Part shown: in pieces, positions 1 through 9,116 of the stretch
How the letters are laid out: every line of letters starts with the position of its first letter
Numbering within the stretch: the first letter of the stretch is position 1
DNA from: an uncultured Eubacteriaceae bacterium
GTDB lineage: Bacteria; Bacillota; Clostridia; Eubacteriales; UBA1433
Length of the DNA stretch: 64,000 bases
Reading direction: 5' to 3'
Assembly (NCBI GenBank): GCA_964533615.1
Contig: CAZHMK010000004.1
Coordinates: 138,398-202,397 of the forward strand
Position numbers and translations under genes: made by a program
The notes under the pieces: model-generated
Databases searched by the model: none
Told to the model about the DNA's origin: nothing
The model's input: the letters and a program-made list of their open reading frames with translations, nothing else

Positions 1-261
1 CACGCTTACGCGTGCATCCGTATTGTTTTCTACAAAACGAATAACCTTTTCCGTGATGCTGTCTGCAAGCGCTGTATTTGCGGCAACACAGGCATATGTG
101 ATGATGGCCGTTTGAATTCTGTCCTGCTCGGCTGTTTCGGCAACAGAGATGTTAAACTTACTGCGTGTTTTTGCCAGAATGCTTTTTAACACCATGCGCT
201 TTTCCTTCAGACTTCTTGCATAGTTGATTTCGAGCTTTATCTCAACAATTCCGATAATCAT
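1..261 (-). CDS. DUF503 (YlxP-like) family protein, partial (C-terminus beyond window edge)
   Basis: Own translation from ATG at 261 (GGAGAA upstream): MIIGIVEIKLEINYARSLKEKRMVLKSILAKTRSKFNISVAETAEQDRIQTAIITYACVA... This resembles small DUF503 proteins. It is absent from the ORF track because the window edge truncates it. Confidence 0.55.
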   Translation of the reverse strand, partial: MIIGIVEIKLEINYARSLKEKRMVLKSILAKTRSKFNISVAETAEQDRIQTAIITYACVAANTALADSITEKVIRFVENNTDARVSV

Positions 262-291
262 ATACGCACTTTCTCCAACAATTTTTAAAAA

Positions 292-711
292 CTATAACTG
301 TATGCGGAAATTCTCTATCTTATTTTTTAACTCTTTTATTTTACCATCAATTTGCCCGATAATTTTTATAAATTCATCATCTTCTTTACCTGTTGGATCT
401 TTGAGCCCCCAGTCATCACGAAATTTACATGGAAGATACGGGCAATCGACATTACATCCCATCGTAATGACGATGTCGACGGGCGGAATATCACTGAGCA
501 GTTTGGAATACTGCGTCTTTTCCATGTCGATATGATAGTGTTCTTTCATGAGCCTCACCGCATCGGCATTGATGACAGGCTTGGTTTCGGTTCCTGCGGA
601 ATAACTTTCAAAAACACTGCCGGCATAATACTTTCCCAATGCCTCGGCAATCTGGGAGCGGCAGGAATTATGAACACATATGAAAGCAACTTTTGGTTTT
701 GTAATACCCAT
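292..711 (-). CDS. arsC: Arsenate reductase, LMW-phosphatase (thioredoxin-coupled) type
   Basis: 139 aa. N-terminal CX5R P-loop CVHNSCRS and downstream Cys pair (GCNVDCP) are typical of ArsC/LMW-PTP family. Last gene of the arsR-led operon. Confidence 0.85.
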   Translation of the reverse strand: MGITKPKVAFICVHNSCRSQIAEALGKYYAGSVFESYSAGTETKPVINADAVRLMKEHYHIDMEKTQYSKLLSDIPPVDIVITMGCNVDCPYLPCKFRDDWGLKDPTGKEDDEFIKIIGQIDGKIKELKNKIENFRIQL

Positions 712-771
712 TTTTATAAGTTTCCCCTTTTGCCTCAGGATATCTTTGTATATTTTTTCTTTTTGCCGATT

Positions 772-1278
772 TTATCCTTCATTAAAAAACAGTTCAAGAT
801 TTTTTGGCATTCTGTATTCTTTTTTTTCTTCCTGACATGATCGATCCGTAAAAATTTCATTAAGTATCTCGTCTATGATCATTGTTTTTGGAGGAGAGAC
901 ATACTCTTCTCCTTCATGCTCCCATACTCTGCAATCCACTCCTTCACCGCACAGTTGGCCACATTCTTCGCATGCGGATTCTTTTACTTCACAAGAAATG
1001 TCCCTGCCATTTATGCGTATGGTTGGAGAGCTAATTAATTCATATTTTCTTGCCAGCTCAATTGTATCAATATGAATTTTATTGACAATCATATCATAGC
1101 CGGCAGCTTTTATTACGCCGGATACATCCTTGACGGCTTCATCAAAGTTGCTTTCCGTTCCCTTGCATCGCTCGCATATACTTAAATCAAGATATAAAAA
1201 ATCTATAATGATTTTTTTCTTTTCATTATTTGACGCACAACGTTCATTCACACTGCCTCCGCACGCACACATACTCAT
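772..1278 (-). CDS. Cys-rich thioredoxin-fold protein (DUF2703-like), ars-operon associated
   Basis: 168 aa with several CxxC pairs (CERC, CEEC) and an N-terminal Cys cluster. Abuts the upstream gene with no gap (1278/1279). Family assignment is from memory of ars-linked DUF2703 proteins. Confidence 0.5.
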   Translation of the reverse strand: MSMCACGGSVNERCASNNEKKKIIIDFLYLDLSICERCKGTESNFDEAVKDVSGVIKAAGYDMIVNKIHIDTIELARKYELISSPTIRINGRDISCEVKESACEECGQLCGEGVDCRVWEHEGEEYVSPPKTMIIDEILNEIFTDRSCQEEKKEYRMPKNLELFFNEG

Positions 1279-1521
1279 TTATTTATTCTCCTTTTTGATC
1301 AGCTCTGCGATCTCTTTTGGCTTGAGCACTTTACCGTAAGAGGCCACCTTCTCATCTATCACGATTGCAGGTGTGGTCATGATGCCATACTGCATGATTT
1401 TATCAAAATCAGTTACTTTTTCAATTTGTATATCCATTCCGAGCGCGTCAAGCGCCGCTTTTGTATTTTTTTCTAAAGCGATACAGTTTTTACATCCTGA
1501 ACCTAAAATTTTAATTGTCAT
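1279..1521 (-). CDS. Small thioredoxin-family protein (redox-active disulfide protein 2-like)
   Basis: 80 aa. N-terminal ILGSGCKNC CxxC motif. Length and pattern are typical of the small thioredoxin-like proteins paired with UPF0718 permeases. Confidence 0.75.
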   Translation of the reverse strand: MTIKILGSGCKNCIALEKNTKAALDALGMDIQIEKVTDFDKIMQYGIMTTPAIVIDEKVASYGKVLKPKEIAELIKKENK

Positions 1522-1546
1522 TTTGTTTTCTCCTTTTTTATTTTAT

Positions 1547-2551
1547 TTACATTAACAGATATCCGAATGCATTAAATGCATAGCCGAAGATCAGGATCCC
1601 AATTGTTATAATGACGATGAAAATACCAAGTAGTTTTGCCCTTACCACCTTTTTAAGCATGATCATGGACGGAAGTGAAAGGGCAGTGACCGCCATCATG
1701 AATGAAAGGGCCGTGCCAAGACCCACTCCTTTTAGCACAAGAGCTTCAGCAATGGGCAGCGTGCCGAATATATCCGCATACATGGGCACACCTACAAAAG
1801 TGGCGATGATGACCGAGTACCATTTATCCTGCCCAAGTACGGCAGAGATGATGCTCTGCGGAATCCAGTTGTGAATGAGAGCGCCGATACCTACTCCGAT
1901 GAGAATATAAAGCCATACTTTTTTTATGATTTGCAGCACCTGATCTTTTGCATAGATCAGTCTGTCTTTTTTGCTCAATTCCTCCTGCTGCATCTCGAGT
2001 AATTTGTTGCTGAATACAAACGGCTCCACATATTTTTCCAATTTTGCTTTACCGATAACCGTTCCGCCGATAATCGCTAAAATAAGCCCAACAATAACAT
2101 AAGCAATGGCGATCTGCCAGTTAAAAATACTGGCGAGTAAAATCACGGATGCCAAATCTACCAGCGGTGAGGAAATCAAAAATGAAAAAGTGACCCCGAT
2201 CGGCAGCCCCGCATTTGTGAATCCTATAAAAAGAGGAATCGATGAACAGGAGCAAAACGGAGTTACGGTGCCAAGCAGCGCTCCTAAAATATTTGCCCAG
2301 AGACCTCCTACCCGACCAAGCATTTTCTTTGTGCGTTCAGGCGGAAAAAAGCTTTGTATATAAGATATGATAAATATCAGAAGACAAAGCAGTATAAAAA
2401 TTTTTATTACATCATAAATAAAAAAATGTACGCTGCCGCCAAGTCTTTCGCCGGTATCAAGGCTGAATACATTTTGCACCAGAGATTTCGTTAAGCTGCT
2501 CAGCCATTCCATTTTTAATAACTGATCGTTCAGCCACTCAAATACTGCCAT
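1547..2551 (-). CDS. UPF0718/ArsP-like permease
   Basis: 334 aa polytopic membrane protein. The TPFCSCSSIPLF motif is characteristic of this permease family. Sits directly downstream of arsR. Confidence 0.7.
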   Translation of the reverse strand: MAVFEWLNDQLLKMEWLSSLTKSLVQNVFSLDTGERLGGSVHFFIYDVIKIFILLCLLIFIISYIQSFFPPERTKKMLGRVGGLWANILGALLGTVTPFCSCSSIPLFIGFTNAGLPIGVTFSFLISSPLVDLASVILLASIFNWQIAIAYVIVGLILAIIGGTVIGKAKLEKYVEPFVFSNKLLEMQQEELSKKDRLIYAKDQVLQIIKKVWLYILIGVGIGALIHNWIPQSIISAVLGQDKWYSVIIATFVGVPMYADIFGTLPIAEALVLKGVGLGTALSFMMAVTALSLPSMIMLKKVVRAKLLGIFIVIITIGILIFGYAFNAFGYLLM

Positions 2552-2563
2552 ATTATATACCTC

Positions 2564-2878
2564 TTACTTCTTGAAGCAATCACAAGTAATATTTCCAACA
2601 GAACTATTTTCTAAACTCATTATCTCTATCCAATTTTTCAGATTTTCAAATGTTTTTTTATTCAACGAATACCGCATCCATGCACCGTCTCTTCTGCTAA
2701 GTACCAGTTTACTCTCACAGAGCAATCTCATATGATATGATAAAGTAGGCTGCGTAATTTGAAAATTCTGCAATATCTCACAGGCGCATCTCTCGCCATC
2801 CTGCAGCATTTCAATGATTTCAAGCCGTGTCTCGTCGGAAAGCGCTTTAAATAGTTGTGTAAATTCTTTTTTATTCAT
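2564..2878 (-). CDS. arsR: ArsR/SmtB family metalloregulatory repressor
   Basis: 104 aa. Winged HTH with an ERCACEI CxC metalloid site and the TLSYHMRLL recognition helix. Confidence 0.85.
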   Translation of the reverse strand: MNKKEFTQLFKALSDETRLEIIEMLQDGERCACEILQNFQITQPTLSYHMRLLCESKLVLSRRDGAWMRYSLNKKTFENLKNWIEIMSLENSSVGNITCDCFKK

Positions 2879-2901
2879 TGTATTGCTTCCTTTATATTGA
2901 T

Positions 2902-2959
2902 ATTTATCTATGATATAGAAATTTATCTATATGTTAGTATATACATCATATAGATAATT
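2902..2959 (-). promoter_or_regulatory. Putative ArsR operator region (reiterated 10-mer)
   Basis: ATTTATCTAT occurs at 2902-2911 and 2921-2930. A near-identical inverted copy (ATAGATAATT) is at 2950-2959, all in the 93-bp region upstream of arsR. Confidence 0.3.
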
Positions 2960-2971
2960 GTCAATATGATT

Positions 2972-4174
2972 TTAAGACTTTTTTGAAAAATAGAAAACAA
3001 TCATTAAAACAGCGGCTATTGCAGCCATTGCGGCGCCAAAGTAAAACGGCGCGCTGTTATTGATATGCTCATACAAAGCCCCTGCGATCAGGCTTGCAGG
3101 CAGCAAGGTGATGCCAATCAAACTATTATATATACCAAGCCCCGTGCCTCGTCTATTTTCATCAATAATATCCGATACAAGCGCTTTTTGAACACCGTCT
3201 GTTGCAGCGCTGTAGAGACCATAGGATGCAAAAAGCAAAACAATTGCCATCTGCGTGCTCGCGCGCCCGAATGCGAAATAGATGAGCGCATAGAGCATAT
3301 ATCCGAAAATAATCAGCTTTTCCCTGCCGATTTTATCCGATAAAATACCGGCAGGCACACAAAAAAGCACCGATACCAAATTAAATATCAAATACATGAT
3401 CGGAATGAAAGCATCATGGATTCCCACGTCGCTCGCCTTAAGAAGCAGCAGCGCATCTGTGGAATTACCCAAAGTAAAGATAAAAATGATGACGAGAAAA
3501 AAATAATATCTTTTAGAAAAATCATTTTTCGACAGCTTTTCTAAAAGCTTCATGTTTTCTTTCTTTGCCTCTTTTACAAAGAAAATTATACTTGCCAGTC
3601 CAAGCATTCCCGGCAACAGCGCAAATAAAAACACTTTTCTGTAATCCGCAGGAAAAACCACTAAAATCACAGTTGCCAACAGCGGCCCCACGATGGCTCC
3701 GCTGTTATCCATCATTTTATGAAAACCAAATCCTCTGCCTCTTTTGCTCTCTTCGCAAGATGCGGCAACGAGGCTGTCTCTGGGTGCGGCTCGAATACCT
3801 TTGCCGATTCTTTCCGTAAATCGAATCACAAGCACTTGCAATGGTGAATACACAAAAGCAAACAATGGTGACAGCAACGCCGTAAAAGCATAGCCTATAA
3901 TCATAAAAGGTTTGTTTTTGCCGATTTTATCTCCCCACCAACCGGAAAAGGCTTTTAAAAGCGAAGCCGTGCTTTCCGCAACGCCTTCAATTAACGAAAT
4001 TTCCGTCTTTGTCGCGCCCAGCGATATTAAAAAAAGCGGCATAATGGAATAAATCATTTTAGTTGTCGTATCCGTAAAAAAACTGGTGATACCGACGAAA
4101 AATATATTTCTTTCAATTCCTAAGATATGTTCTTTATTTTTTGTTTTTTTCATTATTTTATCCCTGCTTTTCAT
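2972..4174 (-). CDS. MFS transporter
   Basis: 400 aa, about 12 predicted TM helices, with an MFS-like loop motif (GWWGDKIGKNKP). The true start may be an internal Met (MKKTKNK). Confidence 0.75.
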   Translation of the reverse strand: MKSRDKIMKKTKNKEHILGIERNIFFVGITSFFTDTTTKMIYSIMPLFLISLGATKTEISLIEGVAESTASLLKAFSGWWGDKIGKNKPFMIIGYAFTALLSPLFAFVYSPLQVLVIRFTERIGKGIRAAPRDSLVAASCEESKRGRGFGFHKMMDNSGAIVGPLLATVILVVFPADYRKVFLFALLPGMLGLASIIFFVKEAKKENMKLLEKLSKNDFSKRYYFFLVIIFIFTLGNSTDALLLLKASDVGIHDAFIPIMYLIFNLVSVLFCVPAGILSDKIGREKLIIFGYMLYALIYFAFGRASTQMAIVLLFASYGLYSAATDGVQKALVSDIIDENRRGTGLGIYNSLIGITLLPASLIAGALYEHINNSAPFYFGAAMAAIAAVLMIVFYFSKKS

Positions 4175-4273
4175 TTCAACAAATCTATTATACTGCTAAA
4201 AAGAAAAAGCATATAAAAAAACTGCTGCTTTTTTTATTTTTTAAGCAACAGTTTATTTTTATTGCCGCAGCAT

Positions 4274-4741
4274 CTATTGTTTTTCAGCGGCATTCAACAT
4301 CTCGGATACGTTATCATTTTCCTGGTTAAAATCGCCTCTGATCATTTTTAATACCGTCTTTTCGTTATAAATTTCTTCACTTGTTCGAATGCCTATTTTC
4401 CGAATCAGCGGAACCGACGGGCACCAGCCCAGCAATGCATGGGAAAATAGAGAAAGACTTATCGCCGTTGTGAGCAACAGCCATCCTCTGTTGTGACGAA
4501 GTCCTAAAAATGTTGTGATCATGATCATCAGTGCCGCATCGGCTTCCAGCACCCGCTCCGTATCCCACTCAGCATTGATGTCATCTATTTTTTCACTGAT
4601 GACATCATCAATACTTCCCTTATATCTATCCAGACTCTGAAGTGTATGCTGCCTGATCTTATCGTTGATGTCAGGTTGTGTATTACATGCTACACGCTTA
4701 GCTGTCGGCGGAAGTAAATATTTTAAAAGAATCGTCCTCAA
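4274..4741 (-). CDS. DUF2892 (YgaP-like membrane domain) protein
   Basis: 155 aa. C-terminal hydrophobic hairpin with the LLGWCPSVPLIRKIG motif typical of DUF2892. The first codon is TTG and the start is uncertain. Confidence 0.5.
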   Translation of the reverse strand: MRTILLKYLLPPTAKRVACNTQPDINDKIRQHTLQSLDRYKGSIDDVISEKIDDINAEWDTERVLEADAALMIMITTFLGLRHNRGWLLLTTAISLSLFSHALLGWCPSVPLIRKIGIRTSEEIYNEKTVLKMIRGDFNQENDNVSEMLNAAEKQ

Positions 4742-4832
4742 CTCCTCTTGTATATATTTTTATTATTTTATCCAAAAGAGTTTGAGAAATACGTTTATGC
4801 AAATGAATGCTTATTAAAATCTCTGATTATTG

Positions 4833-5390
4833 CTATAGATCATTTCTTGTCGACAAATATATATTGATTTCTTCATCGCTGAGGGATGGATAATTTTCTT
4901 GAAGCCCTTTAAACAAAACATTTAAATATCTTTCACTTGCGTTATTTTTTTTAATGACGTTTCTGTTTGTGATTGTCATGACTGCAATACCATCAATAGA
5001 ATCCAGCTCATGTTTTTTGTTATACCAAGTTGAAGCAGGGCTTGGCTTCACACCGCCGTTTTCCTCTTCGAAAATATGATCAAACTGTTTTTTCGTTATC
5101 AAATACGCAACGCCATAGGCTTTTCCGTCATCCGTTGAAATATTCAAAAACGAAACGCCTTTGTTATCCCACGATTTAGATTTATTTGCATAATACATAT
5201 TATAAGGCAATTCATAATTCATCTTATCTATCGGAGGGGTCGTATCTTTACATTTTTTATGATTTCTTCCCTTATCATCAAATTTTCCGCCGTTAATATA
5301 GCACATAAACCTTTCATACAGCATATTAGATCCATAACTGACATACCAAACTAAATCTTTTTTCTCCATCATGCTCTCCTCATAATCCAT
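4833..5390 (-). CDS. Hypothetical protein, gamma-glutamylcyclotransferase/AIG2-like N-terminal motif
   Basis: 185 aa. The VWYVSYGSNM motif resembles the YGSN(L/M) start of GGCT-fold proteins. No further support. Confidence 0.4.
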   Translation of the reverse strand: MDYEESMMEKKDLVWYVSYGSNMLYERFMCYINGGKFDDKGRNHKKCKDTTPPIDKMNYELPYNMYYANKSKSWDNKGVSFLNISTDDGKAYGVAYLITKKQFDHIFEEENGGVKPSPASTWYNKKHELDSIDGIAVMTITNRNVIKKNNASERYLNVLFKGLQENYPSLSDEEINIYLSTRNDL

Positions 5391-5445
5391 TGTCTGCCTG
5401 CACGCTTTTTTTTAACCACATGCATTTTTTTATGTGTATTTACTT

Positions 5446-6066
5446 TTACTCACCAACCGTATCATACGGCCAGTCAATTATGCCGCCAAAATCATAGACA
5501 TTTGTATATCCCATGCTTATAAGCAGTTTTGCAGATGAAGCACTGCGGTTTCCGCTTCTGCAGTACACTAAAATAGTTGCATCTTGATTGGGCAGCATCT
5601 GCGCCGCTTTTTCTTCCAGCTCATAATCTAAAATTAAAAGCGCGTTTTCAATATGCTTTTCATTGTATTCTTCTTTTGTTCGTACGTCAAGGATGATGAC
5701 ATCCTGCGTATCCATAAGCTCTTTTGCTTTTTGCGGTGAAATTTTATTGTAATTGCTTTGACTCTCATCCTCTTTTAAGATAATTTTCACCGCGGTCACC
5801 TGTACAGGGTAGCTTTCTCTTATTTCAGGAAGTATTGTAATCTCTATTATCTGCCCTTCCATTGGCGTAAAATCCATTTTAATCTTTTCATCATAAAAAA
5901 CAACGGCTTTATCCGCACCGATATCTTCGTCTTGAGTGACTACCAGCAATCTATCATCTCCTACGCTGTCTATGGCAGCCGTAAATGTAATGTTTGCGCT
6001 GCCGCAAGATGCGAATGTCAGCATAAAAGCAATCATAATGATTAAGGTAGATATCCATTTTCTCAT
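5446..6066 (-). CDS. Lipoprotein with C-terminal rhodanese domain
   Basis: 206 aa. Signal peptide plus lipobox (LTFASCGS). C-terminal rhodanese active-site loop VYCRSGNRS. Confidence 0.75.
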   Translation of the reverse strand: MRKWISTLIIMIAFMLTFASCGSANITFTAAIDSVGDDRLLVVTQDEDIGADKAVVFYDEKIKMDFTPMEGQIIEITILPEIRESYPVQVTAVKIILKEDESQSNYNKISPQKAKELMDTQDVIILDVRTKEEYNEKHIENALLILDYELEEKAAQMLPNQDATILVYCRSGNRSASSAKLLISMGYTNVYDFGGIIDWPYDTVGE

Positions 6067-6242
6067 TATTGCACTCTCCTGTTTTTTTATTCTCTATATG
6101 TTTATATTATATATCAATTTATATATCGATCACTATGAAAGTATACAATATTCTGTTTTTTTATCGCATTTAAAAAAGCTGATATAATTATTGATTGACA
6201 AAATAAAAGCAGATGCATATAATGTAGAATTGAAAATCAAAT

Positions 6243-6343
6243 ATCGATTGGAGAGCTCGCGCAAGCGGGCTGAGAGTAAGCGTATCGCCGCTTTTATCCT
6301 GTTAACCTGATTTGGATAATGCCAACGTAGGAAAATAATCAAA
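6243..6343 (+). promoter_or_regulatory. TPP (THI-box) riboswitch aptamer
   Basis: Contains GGCTGAGAG and AACCTGATTTGGATAATGCCAACGTAGGAAA, close to the TPP riboswitch consensus CUGAGA...ACCUGAUCUGGAUAAUGCCAGCGUAGGGAA. Upstream of thiW. Confidence 0.85.
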
Positions 6344-6351
6344 GCATAGAA

Positions 6352-6387
6352 CACTTCGTAGGATATCCTGCGAAGTGATTTTTTTTA
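6352..6387 (+). terminator. Riboswitch expression-platform intrinsic terminator
   Basis: 11-bp stem CACTTCGTAGG/CCTGCGAAGTG with a 4-nt loop, followed by ATTTTTTTT. Lies immediately before the thiW RBS. Confidence 0.75.
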
Positions 6388-6404
6388 TCATAAGGAGAAT
6401 AATC

Positions 6405-6923
6405 ATGAAAAATCTGAGAACAAAAAAATTAGTTATGGTTGCCTTTTTATCTTCACTGAGCTATGTGCTGAGCACCTTTATTTTTATTCCGAACATGGCA
6501 CCTATGCAGCATTTTATCAATGTTGTCTCCGCAGTGCTGCTCGGGCCTAGCGGAGCGCTGGCATGCGCAACGCTGACGGGATGCATGCGTATGCTTTTCA
6601 ACGGCCGCCCCATCATCGCTGTTACGGGAGCCATTTTCGGCGCGCTGCTGGCGGGGCTTCTATACCGCAAATTTAAAAAACTTTACTGGGCAGTCATCGG
6701 CGAAGTGATCGGAACGGGCATCATCGGCGCTATGGTCTCCATTCCTTTTATGAAGCTGTTTTACGGGCTGCCTGCCGATACGTCACCGTTTTTCTACATA
6801 TCCTTTTTTACTCCCTCTTCCGCCGCGGGCGCGATCCTTGGTTTTCTGCTCCTCTCGGCGCTTAAAAAAACGAAGACGCTTGATAAATTAACTCTTCAAA
6901 GCGGCAGACAAAAAGAAAAATAA
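6405..6923 (+). CDS. thiW: ECF-transporter S component ThiW (thiazole precursor)
   Basis: The ATG at 6405 follows AAGGAGA. About 172 aa, 5-6 TM helices, Gly/Ala-rich helices typical of ThiW. Controlled by the TPP riboswitch. Confidence 0.75.
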   Translation: MKNLRTKKLVMVAFLSSLSYVLSTFIFIPNMAPMQHFINVVSAVLLGPSGALACATLTGCMRMLFNGRPIIAVTGAIFGALLAGLLYRKFKKLYWAVIGEVIGTGIIGAMVSIPFMKLFYGLPADTSPFFYISFFTPSSAAGAILGFLLLSALKKTKTLDKLTLQSGRQKEK

Positions 6924-7066
6924 TAACGCGTTGACAGAATAAGCCTTGGTTTTTTATCTCTTATCTTATACAATAAAAACCATCTTCACAGATTGGCATC
7001 TATTTTTGACGTGAATGCTCTTATGACATTTATACTAAAGTAATAAAATCCTAAGAGGTGTGTGGT

Positions 7067-7681
7067 ATGAATATAAATTACCAAAATAAGATGGAAGAAA
7101 TAATACAGCAGAATCTTCAAAGCAATAAAACGCCTACGCTTCTGCTGCACAGCTGCTGTGCCCCGTGCAGCAGCTCTGTGCTGGAACGCCTGTCGGATTA
7201 TTTTGATATCACGGTTTTTTATTATAACCCCAATATCGAGCCGGTTGAAGAGTATATCATAAGATTACGGGAACAAAAGCGTTTTCTCTCAATTTTCCCG
7301 ACCGCAAAGCCAGTTAAAATTATTGAAGGCCCCTATGAAGCAGAGGCTTATGAAGAAATCACCTATGGACACGAAGAAGATAGAGAAGGCGGAAAGCGCT
7401 GTTTCCTCTGCTATGAATTCAGACTGCGAAAAACGGCGGAGCTTGCAAAGTCGAGCGGCTTTGATTATTTTTCCACCACCTTATCGGTAAGCCCCCATAA
7501 AAACGCGCAGAAGCTCAACGAAATCGGCGAACGCCTTTCGGCCAAGTACGGCGTAGACTATCTGTATTCGGATTTTAAGAAAAAGGATGGTTACAAACGT
7601 TCTATCGAGCTTTCAGGTGAATACGGGCTCTATCGTCAGCATTATTGCGGCTGCCGCTATTCATTGTTAAATTTATTTTAA
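7067..7681 (+). CDS. queH: Epoxyqueuosine reductase QueH (DUF208)
   Basis: The LLLHSCCAPCSS motif and C-terminal HYCGC are typical of QueH. The ATG at 7067 is preferred over the GTG at 7058 (AAGAGG RBS). Confidence 0.85.
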   Translation: MNINYQNKMEEIIQQNLQSNKTPTLLLHSCCAPCSSSVLERLSDYFDITVFYYNPNIEPVEEYIIRLREQKRFLSIFPTAKPVKIIEGPYEAEAYEEITYGHEEDREGGKRCFLCYEFRLRKTAELAKSSGFDYFSTTLSVSPHKNAQKLNEIGERLSAKYGVDYLYSDFKKKDGYKRSIELSGEYGLYRQHYCGCRYSLLNLF

Positions 7682-7756
7682 GCTATATCAATAAAATGAA
7701 ATAAAAAATACAAATCATAAAATCAATCAAGCTACCCCTTGCAGAGGAGTCTTTGT

Positions 7757-8680
7757 ATGATAGAATTTTCGGTCGTTATCAACCAGGTTCTGATATTATT
7801 TTTTATGGCGCTTATAGGATTCATCGCAGGCAAAACAGGCGTTTTAAAGCAGGAACATAAACCCGTTCTTTCAAAAATGCTGATCAATATCACGCTGCCC
7901 TGCATGCTTGTTGATGCGATCATGTCAACGACCGACAGGCTCAGCTCAAAAGATGTGCTTATCACCCTTTCCGTCTCGCTTGTCACCTACATTGCGGGGT
8001 ATATCCTTGCGATGGCGATCCCGAAATTAATGAAAATAGATCAAGAGCAAAAAGGCGTCTACAGTTTCAGTATGCTTTACACAAATGTAGGGTTTTTAGG
8101 ATTTCCCATTCTTGCGATGATCCTCGGAAAATCCGCGGTCATTTATGCCATTATCTTCAACATCGTCTACTATGCCACCTTTTTCCCGCTCGGTATGTAT
8201 ATGCTGCGCGGCACAAGAACAAGGCCGACATTAAAAGAAATGTTTCCGCCTTTCACAATCGCTTTCATTATTGCGCTTGCATTCTATTTTTTGAAGATAA
8301 CACTTCCTTACCCTATTTTAAAAACGGTCTCTTTGGTAGGCGGCATGACGCTTCCGCTTTCTATGCTGTTTGTGGGGCTTTGTCTATGCGAGGTCGATTT
8401 TAAATCGATCCTCAAAAATAAAAACGTACTCTTTGTATCCTTATATAGAGTACTTCTTTTCCCCGCTGCCATGTATTTTGTACTGCGGCTCTTTACCGAT
8501 AACTTCATCTATATCGCACCCGGCGTGATCATGTTTGCCATGCCCGTTGCCGCGCTCCTTCCCGCTTTTGCCAAAGAGAGCGGCAAGGATGATAAGGAAG
8601 GTGCGGTCATTGTCACCATTTCCACGCTGTTTATGCTGTTCGGTTTGCCTGTTATCGGACTGCTGCTTGCAATGGGATAG
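7757..8680 (+). CDS. AEC (auxin efflux carrier) family transporter
   Basis: About 307 aa, about 10 TM helices, AEC-like N-terminus (VINQVLILFFMALIGFIAGK). The ATG at 7757 follows GAGGAG. Confidence 0.8.
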   Translation: MIEFSVVINQVLILFFMALIGFIAGKTGVLKQEHKPVLSKMLINITLPCMLVDAIMSTTDRLSSKDVLITLSVSLVTYIAGYILAMAIPKLMKIDQEQKGVYSFSMLYTNVGFLGFPILAMILGKSAVIYAIIFNIVYYATFFPLGMYMLRGTRTRPTLKEMFPPFTIAFIIALAFYFLKITLPYPILKTVSLVGGMTLPLSMLFVGLCLCEVDFKSILKNKNVLFVSLYRVLLFPAAMYFVLRLFTDNFIYIAPGVIMFAMPVAALLPAFAKESGKDDKEGAVIVTISTLFMLFGLPVIGLLLAMG

Positions 8681-9108
8681 AATACATTAATCAGATTTTC
8701 CAGTACCTTAAAACATAGCCAACTATATAACAGCAGTGATTAAGTGTTACATTAATCAGATTTTCCAGCACCTTAAAACTTTATAAACTCACATACATCG
8801 ATAATTGCAGTGTTACATTAATCAGATTTTCCAGCACCTTAAAACTAGTTTTATGACAGGTTTTACAGCAGAAGCGTGTTACATTAATCAGATTTTCCAG
8901 CACCTTAAAACTTCATAACCGTAGCACGGACAATTTTTGCAGTGTTACATTAATCAGATTTTCCAGCACCTTAAAACCTTCTATGTCGCTTTTTGATTCT
9001 CTCATTAGTGTTACATTAATCAGATTTTCCAGCACCTTAAAACTATTTTTCTTCAGCAATTCTTTTTTTAGAGTGTTACATTAATCAGATTTTCCAGCAC
9101 CTTAAAAC
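8679..9108 (-). CRISPR. CRISPR array, 7 repeats / 6 spacers (type II-A)
   Basis: Six identical 36-bp repeats (plus strand GTGTTACATTAATCAGATTTTCCAGCACCTTAAAAC) start at 8744, 8810, 8876, 8942, 9008 and 9073. A degenerate copy with 5 mismatches is at 8679-8714. Spacers are 29-30 bp. The transcribed-strand repeat is GTTTTAAGGTGCTGGAAAATCTGATTAATGTAACAC. The degenerate repeat is distal to the cas genes. Confidence 0.97.
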
Positions 9109-9116
9109 CTATAGCT

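Noticed and set aside
352-840. 162-aa plus-strand ORF overlapping arsC
   Set aside because: It is entirely antisense to a gene with clear ArsC motifs. It has no RBS and a low-complexity hydrophobic translation. The same reasoning applies to 224-535, 875-1075, 1130-1339, 1373-1555, 1611-1874 and 2106-2363.
4221-4252. Hairpin ACTGCTGCTT/AAGCAACAGT downstream of the DUF2892 gene as a terminator
   Set aside because: The stem has a mismatch and a 12-nt A/T loop, so it is weak. It was not listed as a feature, although it may still act as a terminator.
6133-6354. 73-aa minus-strand ORF
   Set aside because: It overlaps the TPP riboswitch aptamer and its promoter region. It has no RBS and no recognisable features. 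The RNA element explains the sequence conservation better.
8715-9072. Self-targeting spacers
   Set aside because: I found no obvious match of the six spacers elsewhere in this window by eye. This is not an exhaustive search. A genome-wide BLAST is needed before any claim.
8744-9108. Possible promoters inside each CRISPR repeat (TGATTAATG on the transcribed strand), as in some type II-C arrays
   Set aside because: The match to an extended -10 is poor (3-4 of 6 positions, wrong TG spacing). The system is type II-A with a tracrRNA and a better promoter at the leader end.
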